Shown in pieces: positions 1 through 10,614 of a DNA stretch of 64,000 bases. Every line of letters starts with the position of its first letter. The first letter of the stretch is position 1. The notes beneath the pieces are model-generated. The model did no database searches. It was not told where the DNA came from and saw nothing but the letters and a program-made list of their open reading frames with translations. The translations under genes were made by a program, and so were the position numbers. The DNA is from Rhizodiscina lignyota. Lineage: Eukaryota. The stretch is from assembly GCA_010015805.1 (NCBI GenBank), contig ML978127.1, positions 930,001 to 994,000 on the forward strand, in the 5' to 3' direction.

Positions 1-588
1 ATCGATGCGGCTCAGCGGGAACTCTTCCTGACCGGATACACGAGCAATCGTGCACGGCAGAATGTGGCGTCTTTCCTCGCTAAGCACTTAGGTATAGACT
101 GGAGACTCGGTGCGGAATGGTACGAGTGTATGCTCGTGGATTACGACTGTGCGAGCAACTGGGGCAATTGGCAATACGTTGCAGGTGTCGGGAACGATCC
201 AAGGCAGGGCAGGACGTTCAATCCAATCAAGCAGGCACTGGACTATGATAAGAATGGCGAGTATATCAAAGCATGGGTGCCAGAGCTGAGAGGTTTGGAG
301 ACGGGTTCTCAAACTGCACATCAAGCTGGTGCGCAGGAACATGATCAAGAGGCGCTGATGGGAGTTTTCCAAGCATGGAGAATGGCAGAAAGTGATAAAG
401 AGGCATTGGGCTTGAAGGGCGTCGATTGGGTGGAGAGGCCATTGGTAAAGATCCCCTTCGAAGTCAGGAGGTCCGGGGCGAGCGGACGAGGTAGAGGTAG
501 AGGTCGCGGACGAGGCGGTCCAGGACGGGGAAGAGGAGCGATTCCGTATGTTGGTGGGCGTGGAGAGCGATGGAAGAGCGGCGAGTAA
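1..588 (+). CDS. cry: Cryptochrome DASH / photolyase family protein, 3' part (FAD-binding domain plus RG/RGG tail); 5' end lies outside the window
   Basis: Frame open from base 1: [16 protein letters not shown]...[34 protein letters not shown] is the CRY-DASH-type FAD-binding signature; followed by an RGRGRG tail. Confidence 0.9.
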   Translation: MDAAQRELFLTGYTSNRARQNVASFLAKHLGIDWRLGAEWYECMLVDYDCASNWGNWQYVAGVGNDPRQGRTFNPIKQALDYDKNGEYIKAWVPELRGLETGSQTAHQAGAQEHDQEALMGVFQAWRMAESDKEALGLKGVDWVERPLVKIPFEVRRSGASGRGRGRGRGRGGPGRGRGAIPYVGGRGERWKSGE

Positions 589-752
589 GACACGTTTCGG
601 AATTGTGATCGAAGAATGCACTTGAGGCGGCTTTGTGATTGAACTATATTTTGCTATTTTACATACCTAAGAGAATGCCGCACGAACCGAAGTACTCATC
701 AAAATCCCAAATTTGCCCCGAGGTCACTCAGCGCCAGCACTGTCGTCCGAAT

Positions 753-1772
753 TCATGGCTTGCTGACATGCACCACAATCTTGCCCCTCGTCCTCCCTTC
801 CTTCAGCTTCTCATACGCTTTTGGTGCATCCTCGAATTCGAAAGTCTGCTCAATAACTGCCTTTACTTTCCCCTCTGCCATCCATGCCGCGATCTGGTTG
901 AAATCGTCCTGCTTAGAGAAGGCATTCAGAAACTCAAATTTCCTCTTCCCACCGCCCAGAATTCCAGGTAATAGCATCCGCGATGCCAGTGACGCCGCAG
1001 CACCCACGCTCGGCTCCGCACCGACCTGGACAAACTTCCCGTGCGGCTGGAGGAAGTGATGAGACTCGTTGTACAAGTTCGATGGCGTGCCGATGTTGTC
1101 TACCACGAGGCTGTAGACTTGGCCTTCGGTTTTCAGCGCCGCAGCGACATCTTGCTTCTTGTAGTCAATGACCTCGTCCGCTCCAAGGCTCTTGACGAAC
1201 TCGACGTTGGCACCGGAGCAGCTTGTTGACACTGTGCAGCCCAGTGTCTTTGCGATTTGGATCCCGTAGACTCCGGTGCCGCCCGAGCCGCCATTGATGA
1301 ATATTTTGTCGCCTGCCTTGACGTTCTTAGCGATGCATTGATACGCCGTCAAGCCCGTGACTCCAATGGTCGCCGCGTCGTCAACAGCAACGCTTTCGGG
1401 TTTCTTCGCCACCCACGACTGGTCTGCGACAATGATCTCGCCCAGCGCTCCGAACTTGCTTGGCTTGTCTAGTTTTCCGAAGACCACGTCGCCGACTTTG
1501 AACTGTGTGACGGAAGAGCCGATTGAAATCACCTCACCGCAGAAATCCATGCCAGGGGCAGCGGGCATGGAGATGACTGCCTTCGAGACGACGCCCAGCT
1601 CCGGGATCTTGTGGTCGACGCGATTGACGGACATGCTGTAGACGCGGACATGCAGTTGGTTTTGCTTGAGATGTTCCGGTGGCTGTGGCGCATCGGAGTG
1701 CAGTTTGAGGTTCTTCTCCAGCCCTCCGTGTGCACCGGAGTAGAGCCACGCGCGCATTGTACCTGACGACAT
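753..1772 (-). CDS. Medium-chain dehydrogenase/reductase (NADPH:quinone oxidoreductase-like, RTN4IP1/Yim1 type)
   Basis: Intronless 339-aa ORF with PGMDFCGEV, INGGSGGTG nucleotide-binding motif, LGADEVIDY and GRTRGKIVV. Confidence 0.88.
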   Translation of the reverse strand: MSSGTMRAWLYSGAHGGLEKNLKLHSDAPQPPEHLKQNQLHVRVYSMSVNRVDHKIPELGVVSKAVISMPAAPGMDFCGEVISIGSSVTQFKVGDVVFGKLDKPSKFGALGEIIVADQSWVAKKPESVAVDDAATIGVTGLTAYQCIAKNVKAGDKIFINGGSGGTGVYGIQIAKTLGCTVSTSCSGANVEFVKSLGADEVIDYKKQDVAAALKTEGQVYSLVVDNIGTPSNLYNESHHFLQPHGKFVQVGAEPSVGAAASLASRMLLPGILGGGKRKFEFLNAFSKQDDFNQIAAWMAEGKVKAVIEQTFEFEDAPKAYEKLKEGRTRGKIVVHVSKP

Positions 1773-2798
1773 GGTGAGATTTGGGTGAGATTGTAGGTTC
1801 AGAGGAAAGTGTTTCTTGAGAGGTTGAGTGAACGAAATTTAGAGACGCAATTGAGGAGATGCTGCAGTTATAGGTAGAAAGTGGTGTGATGGAAGGTGAA
1901 ACTCGCGTGTACTACTTTGGGATAGCGACGAAGGGTACATAGCACCTGCACGTTTTATCTCTTCAGCATTCACTCACAACAATGTCCTTCGGACAACTTT
2001 GTACGGCTCGATGCAATCAAGGCAACACATTCAAACATCGTCGTTTGAATGAGGCTGAAGACTTTACTTTACAAATACGTCGGAAGCGGGAAGAGGGTAT
2101 CCGACAAGTCGTGCGCGGTGAGTGTGCCTTGACGGTCTGATTTTGAATTGTCCGTCTGTACGAAGTCTACGTTGGTGCACTGCCTTCCCACTGCGCCTGG
2201 CCATCTACGTAGAGTGCATTTGACTATGTGCTGGGTCCCTCAAACATGGCGTTAATTGTACTGAAAGCGCAATGACAAGTTCGAATTTTGGAGAAAGAGA
2301 TTTACATCCTAAGAGTGAAGAGGTCGTTTGAGCATCTGCAGAATCTCCACAACGGCTATGGCATACGCACTCAAGCTTCCACAAGGAGAACATGTGTTGA
2401 TAAAGGAATCGTACAATATCATACGTTCGCATGTCGTTTGGACATTCGCCGAATCTCTTGCAACATTTTGGCTGTGTCCTCGCAAATCAATTGATACACT
2501 TCATGACGGCCACTAGGCAATTGCAGCGGCAGGGCTTTCTTCTTGCAATCGGGACTACGCATGCCATTCACGAGCATGTAATACACCTGATAGTCCGACG
2601 AAGTGTCTACTAGAAGTAATGACCTCAGAACGGCCAGGATAATCCTATTTGGAGGAGAGCTAAATTGCAGCGCCTTTTCGTCCTGTTATACCCCCAAGCA
2701 ATGCCCATGTCGTACATATTTCCAGGATCGATCCACTCGCCTCCTCTAAACGTGAAAAGGCCGTTAAACAATCGCATGTGCGCAATATGGTATCTTAT

Positions 2799-3222
2799 TT
2801 ACTCGTCCCTGAACCCCCATTTTCCTGTCTGGTCCAGTCCAAGTGGGTTGTCAGCGGTCTGTTCTTGCTTTCCAAGGCTTTGCTTCCCATGCACATAGCT
2901 GTCCTTGTTGCCGCCGCCCAAGACTTCTGCCCTTTGATCATTCTCGCCGGCGATTGGGTTGAGGGCAGGCTTTGTGATACCTCCAACAACGTTGCCAAGG
3001 GGCTTCGTGACTACACCAAGTCCAGCACCAACGGGCGATAGGACGGTGTTGAGGCCTTTGCCGAGAGGGTCGCCGATGGGAGAGAAGAAACCTGTCCGCC
3101 GTGTCAGTGGAATAGGGGAGAAATTACGCTGATGGCTCGCAGATTGGTTACTTACCTTTAGGCTTCTCCTCCTCTTGGTTCTCTCCCGTGGGTACGTGTG
3201 CTTGCTCTTTGTCGCCAGCCAT
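2799..3222 (-). CDS. Small (119 aa) Gly-rich hypothetical protein, 2 exons; not recovered intact by the ORF track
   Basis: Exons 3222-3156 and 3091-2799; intron 3155-3092 (GTAAGT..CTGAC..CAG). Spliced product MAGDKEQAHV...PKGFFSPIGDPLGKGLNTVLSPVGAGLG...EQTADNPLGLDQTGKWGFRDE*. Confidence 0.8.
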
Positions 3223-3626
3223 GATTAACTGTATTTTGTATAGTAGGATGATTTCTGAAGGTTGAGATGAAAGATTGCAAGGCTTCAGGGAGAGGCCCAT
3301 CATATATGGGCCGGCCCCAATCGCGCATCTTGCAAGAAATCGAGCTTCCGGGAGTGATGTCATGGTGCATGGATTCCAGGCGATCATGGTCTCGGGACAT
3401 CTGCGGCGGATGTGCGGCATTCATCGCACGGCCTGGTTGCCGTCGCAACGCGCGGGACGTGTGCCACAAACAGGCCAATGCGGAACGCGACTTCTCCGAC
3501 GACATCACCACTCGCTGCAGCTGCCGATCACATACATTTCCCCAAAACTTCCGCTCTTCAATTGACAATTCATTCATTGCCCTTGAGAATAGTCATATAT
3601 TTGCCTTGCAGCTCGGCGCGGCAGCA

Positions 3627-5770
3627 ATGCCCTCGCCAACCAAAGACCTCCACATGCCTACGTCTCCACCGCCGTTGCACACTCGCTCGACGAACGAGAT
3701 GTATGTCGACATTCCCTCTACGCCCACTCGGCAAGGCTTCACTTCTCCTCAGCAGACACCTCAGGGGAGTCCAAGCAAGACTCAGGTCCCGCCTGGAGCG
3801 TACGACCTACCCAATGTCTTCGAGAATGCGATGAAGTTGCTGCCCACGTTTGGCACGCCTAGCAAGAATGCCCCGAACCAGCAATCGCCAGGTTCTCCGG
3901 GCAAGGCTGTCGCGCACGAAACCGATGGCGGGTACAGTGACTATCCAGAGTATCAGCAGGCTGGCGTAGGACAGATGCCAGGCAGCCCAACGAAGAAGTC
4001 GAACAAGGAGAACACTCCCCCAGGTCCGCGACCGGGATTGAAGAAAGAATCGAGCTTCGTCACTCAAGCTGCTGCTTCGCGTCAAGAGCCGTACAAACCT
4101 CGTGAAACAGACACTCAGCCAGGCTATAACACCCAGCGTGGGCTGACGAAGGAGGACTTGGAAAAGCTGCAGAAGCCGTCGGTGAAGCGTCTGGCAAATG
4201 TGACACAACTGTGTACGTATCCAGATGTAACACACGAAATAATGGGGACTAATGGTCGCAGATTTCCTCGACTACTACTACGACCTCCTCAGCTACGTTC
4301 ACAATCGCCAAAGCAGGCTCGCACAATTCAAGGCTGCCAACCCTGAACCTCCGGCCATGCCACAAGCAGAATACGACGCAGCTCTCGGCAAGTACCATGG
4401 CCGCGAGAGGGCAAATTTGCGCAAGAGGAGGACTCGACTTAGACATGGCGACTTCTCAGTGCTTACGCAAGTCGGACAAGGTGGATATGGACAGGTATAC
4501 TTGGCACAGAAGAAGGATACCCGCGAAGTGTGCGCACTCAAGGTCATGAGCAAGAAACTGCTCTTCAAGCTCGACGAAGTGCGTCACGTTCTGACTGAGC
4601 GAGACATCTTAACATCGGCGAAGAGTGAGTGGCTCGTGAGACTGCTCTATGCCTTCCAGGATGAGAAGAGCATCTACCTTGCTATGGTAAGCCTATCTGA
4701 TCGCCGAGTATCGGATGCAGCTAACGCATTATCAAAAGGAATACGTCCCTGGAGGAGACTTCCGCACCCTTCTCAACAATACTGGTGTTTTGCATAATCG
4801 TCATGCCCGCTTCTACATTGCGGAAATGTTTTCTTGCGTCGATGCTCTTCACAAGCTTGGCTATATCCATCGTGATCTTAAGCCCGAAAACTTCCTCATC
4901 GACAGCACTGGACACGTCAAACTTACCGACTTTGGCCTTGCTGCAGGCTTCCTTGCACCAGCGAAGATCGAGTCAATGCGCATCAAGCTCGAGGAGGTGG
5001 GCAACATGGCTGTCCCATTCGGCAGACCGATGGAAGAGCGTAGCGCTGCTGAGCGTCGTGAGGGCTATCGTTCCCTTCGTGAACGCGAAGTTAACTACGC
5101 CAAATCGATTGTCGGCAGTCCAGATTACATGGCTCCGGAAGTGCTCAAGGGCGATGAGTACGACTTCACTGTCGACTATTGGTCCCTTGGCTGCATGCTG
5201 TTCGAGGCCCTGGCCGGCTACCCTCCCTTCGCTGGTGCAACTGTAGAGGAGACATGGCAGAATCTGAAACACTGGAAGAGTGTTCTCAAGAAGCCTGTAT
5301 ACGAGGATCCGAACTACTTCCTCTCAAAGCGTACTTGGGATCTCATTACGCGTCTCGTGGCATCCAAGACCTCGCGCTTCAGAGGCATCAACGAGATTCA
5401 TGCCCATCAGTACTTTGCAGAAGTAGACTGGGCGAAGCTTAGAGAACAACGAGCGCCGTTCGTGCCAGAGCTGGATAGCGAAACTGATGCTGGCTACTTT
5501 GACGACTTTAGCAACGAGGCGGATATGGCCAAGTACAAGGAGGTGCACGAGAAGCAGGCGGCGCTGGAGAATATGGCGGATAGGGATGAGAGAATGGGCA
5601 AGGGCCTCTTCGTTGGCTTCACGTTCAGGTTCGTGCAACTCTATGCTGATGATTATGTGACTATATTAACTTCGCGCAGACACAGGAAGCCAGCGACCGA
5701 TGAGACTGGCAAGCTAGCAAGTCCTAGGAAGCCTATGCCCTCGGACGACGCTTTCGGCACCATTATCTGA
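3627..5770 (+). CDS. dbf2: NDR-family Ser/Thr kinase Dbf2/Sid2 (SIN/MEN pathway), 4 exons
   Basis: RLANVTQLYFLDYY N-terminal regulatory region, GQGGYG, HRDLKPEN, DFG, SIVGSPDYMAPE and C-terminal FVGFTFRH. Introns 4213-4261, 4687-4738, 5629-5679. Confidence 0.93.
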
Positions 5771-6450
5771 TTTGACGGGGAGTGACGCACGGTACGTCCT
5801 GGGGCATCTCTGAGCACTACACACATGCTTCGTGGGGATGAATTCACAATAGGATTGGAGACTTCATTTCGAGGCTTTGGAGTTAATGGTTCGGGTCCTG
5901 TGAGACGAGCATGATGCTGAATATGGATTGGGTTTTCGTCTGCATTACGTGGACCAAGAGTTTGTAAAAGTAGTGCTGCGGTAGTCTCAATGCTAAGCAA
6001 CAAGACATTGAGAATGATTTCCACTGTTTGATTGAAAGAATAGGAATATTTCTCGCAGCTGGTACGACTGCTTCTCTACAATTGATGTTCGCATTTGTCA
6101 GTTCAGGAAACGGAGCGCAGGGTGTTTCCCGTTGAAGCTGTCTCCGAACGAAAACGGCGCCAAATGCATCGCATAGGACTACTAGAAAACACGTAAACCG
6201 GAACAGGAAAATTCGCGCTTCCAAGTCTGCTTCCAGATTACGAATATTCTTGCTAGTCGTAAGGAACTGCCCAATTGCAGTAGCGGGATATCCTTGACAT
6301 GCGGATCCGGGGTCCAAGTTCATCTCGTACCCCACGTTGCATATTAATCCAAGCTGCAGACTGTCATAGATATTTTCGACCTATAAATTTCAAGGACAAC
6401 CTTGGGGATAGCCTATTGAATAGCTGCACAGCTGCAATTGAGTGTTTAAG

Positions 6451-7351
6451 ATGGCAGGCAGCAAAATGGGGAAAGAGCTGGTTCACAAGCTCCTGACAGA
6501 AGGTCCAGTCAACTTCGCGTCTGCATCTGGTCGACGCGTCCGAGCTACGTTCGGGGGCCATTGGATCGTGGACACGACTGATGCTGTTCATGTTTGGGTA
6601 CGTGTTTCTGCCAATGCAGGAGAGCAGTGCTAAGATACTCCAGGAACACAAGTTCTATCCTCAGCTTTATATCCCCTGGTCTGCATTGAAAGAAGGATCC
6701 AATGTATCCGTTGCCAAGGTCGAAGCCATCGAGGAAAAGGGTGTGAAAGTAGCTTCTATCCTAGAGATCAAGGCTGGCCAGAAGAGCACTAAGGAGGCGA
6801 TATATTTCGAAGAGATCAAAGAGACTGGAAAGTTGAGCGGCCTGGTGAAGATTGATTTTGCAGCAATCGGTACGTCTTCTTCACGATTTTGATGGTGATT
6901 GAGAGCGTTGACCACGGCTGTTACAGATCAATGGTACGAGGAGGAACAACCGATCTACGTTCATCCAAAGGATCCAACGAAGCGCATCGACATTCTCCAC
7001 TCAACTCGTCCGATCGAGGTCCAGGTTGATGGTCATGTCCTCGCCAAAACAGACACCGCACTCCATCTCATTGAGCCGATGCTGCCAGTACGATACTATC
7101 TCCCACCCACATCTGTCGACCCTTCAATTCTTCGTACCAGCGAGACACGCACGAAGTGTCCGTATAAGGGCGAAGCTGAATACTACGACGTTGTGATCGG
7201 CGGGAAGACGTATAAGGATCTCATCTGGTGGTATCGTAATCCAACTACAGAGAGCGTCGTCATCCAAGGAGCGTTCTGCTTCTATAACGAGAAGGTTGAC
7301 GTCGTCCTTGACGGGAAGAAGCTCGAGAGGCCAAAGACGCACTTTGCATGA
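6451..7351 (+). CDS. Tandem DUF427-domain protein, 3 exons
   Basis: RRVRATFGG..VWEHKFYPQLY; HPKDPTKRIDIL; PVRYY; TKCPYKGEAEYY; WWY.NP; CFYNEKVD. Introns 6598-6643 and 6870-6927. Confidence 0.85.
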
Positions 7352-7654
7352 TGCCGCCTACACTGGAAGTTTTGAACTAGTTAGCTCACAAATTGAAGGG
7401 ATTGTGAAAGCGTAAGGAGACGCTCGAAACCACTGCAGTGCACTCTACGCGATGTGCTCCAAGTCGGATTGCTCAACTGATCAACCGTAAAATCTTCCAA
7501 CGATGGAGGTTTCCGAGAGATGAAGCAAAACGAAATCACTCTTGCCCCGCTGTGACTGTCTTCATCTCGCGTGTCTCAAGCCCAATTTAATAAGCCCCTC
7601 AGCCAGCCCTGATGTGCAATAACCCATTTCCCATCATCCACAATTCCCCATCAC

Positions 7655-8175
7655 ACTGACTCGCCGCAAGCCACGTTCTACGTGAGGAAAAGCACTTCCC
7701 GAAATTGACCTCCATCGGCAATCTGAATCTGACTGACCGTTCGTATCGGTCAATCCTGTCTGTGCGCGGTCAAATCTCAGCGCTCGACACCGGTGGCTGA
7801 AACGCCAAAAATCTCCGACAACGTGGTGCCGACGAGATGAGGCGCCGCGGCGACCGTGCTCTGCGACGACCGTGCTCTACCAGGCTAACTCGAATCTCCC
7901 TGCGACGAACGCCATGGCTGAGGAACGTTAAGGTTTAAGAGAGCCGTTGGTGTTGTGTGGGGTGCATACTGATCAGTGCCAACGGCGATGCGATCATGCA
8001 AGATGGGACCGAAACGCGTCCGGCCAGACGCGTTCGAGCGCGCATCGGCACACTTGCCCTTCTAGCCCCCCCACGATACCCGACCGAGAGCGTACGCTAG
8101 AGCGAAGCTTCACGCCGGCTCTTTAGCGAACCCATGTTTCTCGCCTTGGCGTGTGACGCGTTGCATAATTTTTGG
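7655..8175 (+). ncRNA. Candidate structured non-coding RNA ending in an Sm-site-like AATTTTTGG (identity unknown)
   Basis: No credible ORF; many nested helices with G-U pairs on the + strand (see findings); AT-rich TATA-like element ~7584-7593; Sm consensus 8167-8175 followed by GTAATT and by ACTAAC at 8241. Confidence 0.45.
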
Positions 8176-9142
8176 GTAATTTGGTGGCAGCTTGGTGGCG
8201 AAATGCTGAAATAACCGAGATACGCTGCCGTCGCGGATTAACTAACGGTGGAAGAGACGCTTTTTCTCCATGTCTCCAGCGAGTCGAGCTACAAGCGATG
8301 GGCGTCGAGACATTGCACTAACAAAGGCGCAAACGGCGCAAATTGCAAGCAGCAATCGGGCCAGACTATCTGGCTCGGAGTTAAGTCCGCAATTGAGTAA
8401 AGCTGGCGATACGGCCGTGAAATCCTTGATTTGGAAGATATCTTCAGCAGATCTAGACCTACGCTGTGGATACGATGAAAATGCTTCTTGAGCGATCAGT
8501 AAACGATCAATCTGTGGTGAACGTGAACGTGAGGTCAATCGATACTTCCGCATCGTTGGTCTGTAAAACTTTACTGAAAAGTGTACGCAACTGTACACAG
8601 ATCCATCGAGTAACGTAGAAAACGTACAGCAACTAAAGTTGCGCAAATTGCGGGCTGGCTTGTAAAAAACATCCCTTCATGCTTCCCGCTGTTGTACCAA
8701 ATCCAGATACAGACTGCTCTTGCTATGCAAATCCCAGTTCCCAATTTCCAATGTATGCGGTCGTCTGCGGTCGTACAACGTGCCAAAATCAGGTTCCAGT
8801 TTGCCTGCTTTCTCCTCAAGGGTATCTAATCTTACAAAGTCCAGCTCTTGCAATATGTACACGCGAAGAAGGGCAAAAAGTATTCGGCGACTGCGTGTAT
8901 ACGAGGGAGGGTCTCTGGTCGGGTGAGAGTATATACATGGCGGCCGTTCGTGATGAGATCAAAATATGTCCAGAGAACAAGACGTATCGAGCTCGTGCCG
9001 TAGGCTGAAATCGATTTGGGCAGAAGGTTCGGTTCGGTAGGAAAACGGGTTAGGCACCCGTCCTTGGTAAAAACTCGTAGCAAAAATTCGATTTGCCTAA
9101 AGGTGTCCTCCCAATGATGGTATTCATGGAGAAAAAAGGCCA

Positions 9143-10614
9143 TCATCCTGGATGCGTAGTTGGAACAAAGGCACCGTCGGTTACCGTAGGTGGAGCATCG
9201 TCCATCGACGCCAAAGTCGCAGGTTCTGCGTACCATTGTGGTTCGTAAATCGTTTGAGGTTGCTCAGCCACTGGAGTAACCTGGTCTGCTGGGAATGCGG
9301 TCCAGCCTTGGGGGAAATTTTGGCTGGGGAGTATGTGGGGTGCGGAAGAAGGGATGGGGGGTTCCTGTTCAGGAGCTGCTATAGGAAGACTGGAGTTTGA
9401 GCCATCGGTGAAGGCGTAAGGATATGGCGAAGCTTGATAACCCTGCCGATAGGCCTGCTGGAATTGTTGCAGATGTGGCATTCCTGAAACGTCTCCAACA
9501 GACATTGATCGCATTGCTCCCCAGGCTGGACTGGCTTCGCTCTGAGGCACGTAAAAGGTCGATTGGTCTAGGCCAACTGGAATGCTTCCACGATGTTGGA
9601 AAATTGCAGAGCCCGGAGGATGCTGTTGAGGCCAATATTCTGTGGCCGACTGGGGCGTGTTAGGATCTTCTGGAACTGTCTGACTTCCGTAGAAGGCGGG
9701 AGTTGATCCCCATTGAGTGCCATCAGGCATTCCTTGATAAGAAAATGTCGGGCTTTGGAATGGAGCTGCAAAAGACTTAGTATGACTTCGAAGTCTCAAT
9801 ATCGCGGAGAACTGACCTCCATCTAACGGACTGCCAGAGAAATCCAACTCTGAGCTCTGCTTGCTAGAATGAACGGAGAATGGTTCCTGTAATGGGAGGC
9901 CCTGTGACGTTGAAGGATCATCGATGGAATCGGATGCGGCTGAGGTTCTTGGGGAAGAATTGTTCGAATTCGTGACGGCTTTTGACGGCTTCTCCCCACT
10001 TCCACTTGCGCTTGGGCGAGACTTGGGGTCGCTGGGACCTTGGTCGACAGGGAAAAAGTGGCAGTCCTTCTTCAACCGAATGCAGTTAAGACATCTCCCA
10101 TGCGGATCGTCGGACGCTACAAGACATCGGATTTTTCGTCGTCGACAGTGACCTATTCCATATCAGCAAAAGTCTAAAGGTGGGAGGAGATAGAATGTAT
10201 CTCACCACATGCGACAGAGGTACGATGATAACCCAGCTTGTTGCGCCGCTTATCGGAGGTTGGCGACTGCAAAGGAGATGTTTCTGTTTGTGCTAGGCCG
10301 CGAATGTGTGGTGTGGACGCAACGCGCCTCAAGTCTTGTTGCAGCTTTGGTTTCGATGGCTTACGTTTCTTGCCAGAAGACGTAGTTGCTGCAGATGGCG
10401 GCGGCATTCCATCACCACTGCTTGAGGCCTCCGAATGTAATGCTCCGGGCAACGAAGAGTCTGCTCCAGAAGTTGTAGGTGGTTGTGTTGAGGGCCCTTG
10501 ACTGTCTTGAGGCATGTTATTCCAGGGTCCGAGGTTGTTTCTGCCGAACAGTGTGAGATGGCCGTGTTCGGGCAAAACCTTGGTGTTAATCGGCGTCAAA
10601 ACCTCGAGCGCCAT
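9143..10614 (-). CDS. Zn(II)2Cys6 binuclear-cluster transcription factor, 2 exons (start at 10614 or 10515)
   Basis: RRNKLGYHRTSVACG|HCRRRKIRCLVASDDPHGRCLNCIRLKKDC joined across intron 10205-10153; low-complexity S/P/Q C-terminus. Confidence 0.9.

Noticed and set aside
3267..3626. 120-aa N-terminal extension of dbf2 in the ORF track
   Set aside because: Cys/Arg-rich, non-protein-like sequence overlapping the shared promoter and leader region; ATG 3627 is the more plausible start
7900..8175. Identification as U1/U2/U4/U5 snRNA, U3, SRP or RNase P/MRP RNA
   Set aside because: Diagnostic motifs (ACTTACC 5' end, GTGTAGTA, GCCTTTTAC loop, SRP helix 8, P4 conserved regions) were not found by eye
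9045..9061. ACGGGT-TAGGC-ACCCGT hairpin containing GGGTTAGG
   Set aside because: Short hairpin in the presumed 3' UTR of the Zn2Cys6 gene; wrong strand and position to be the template for the 7655-8175 candidate
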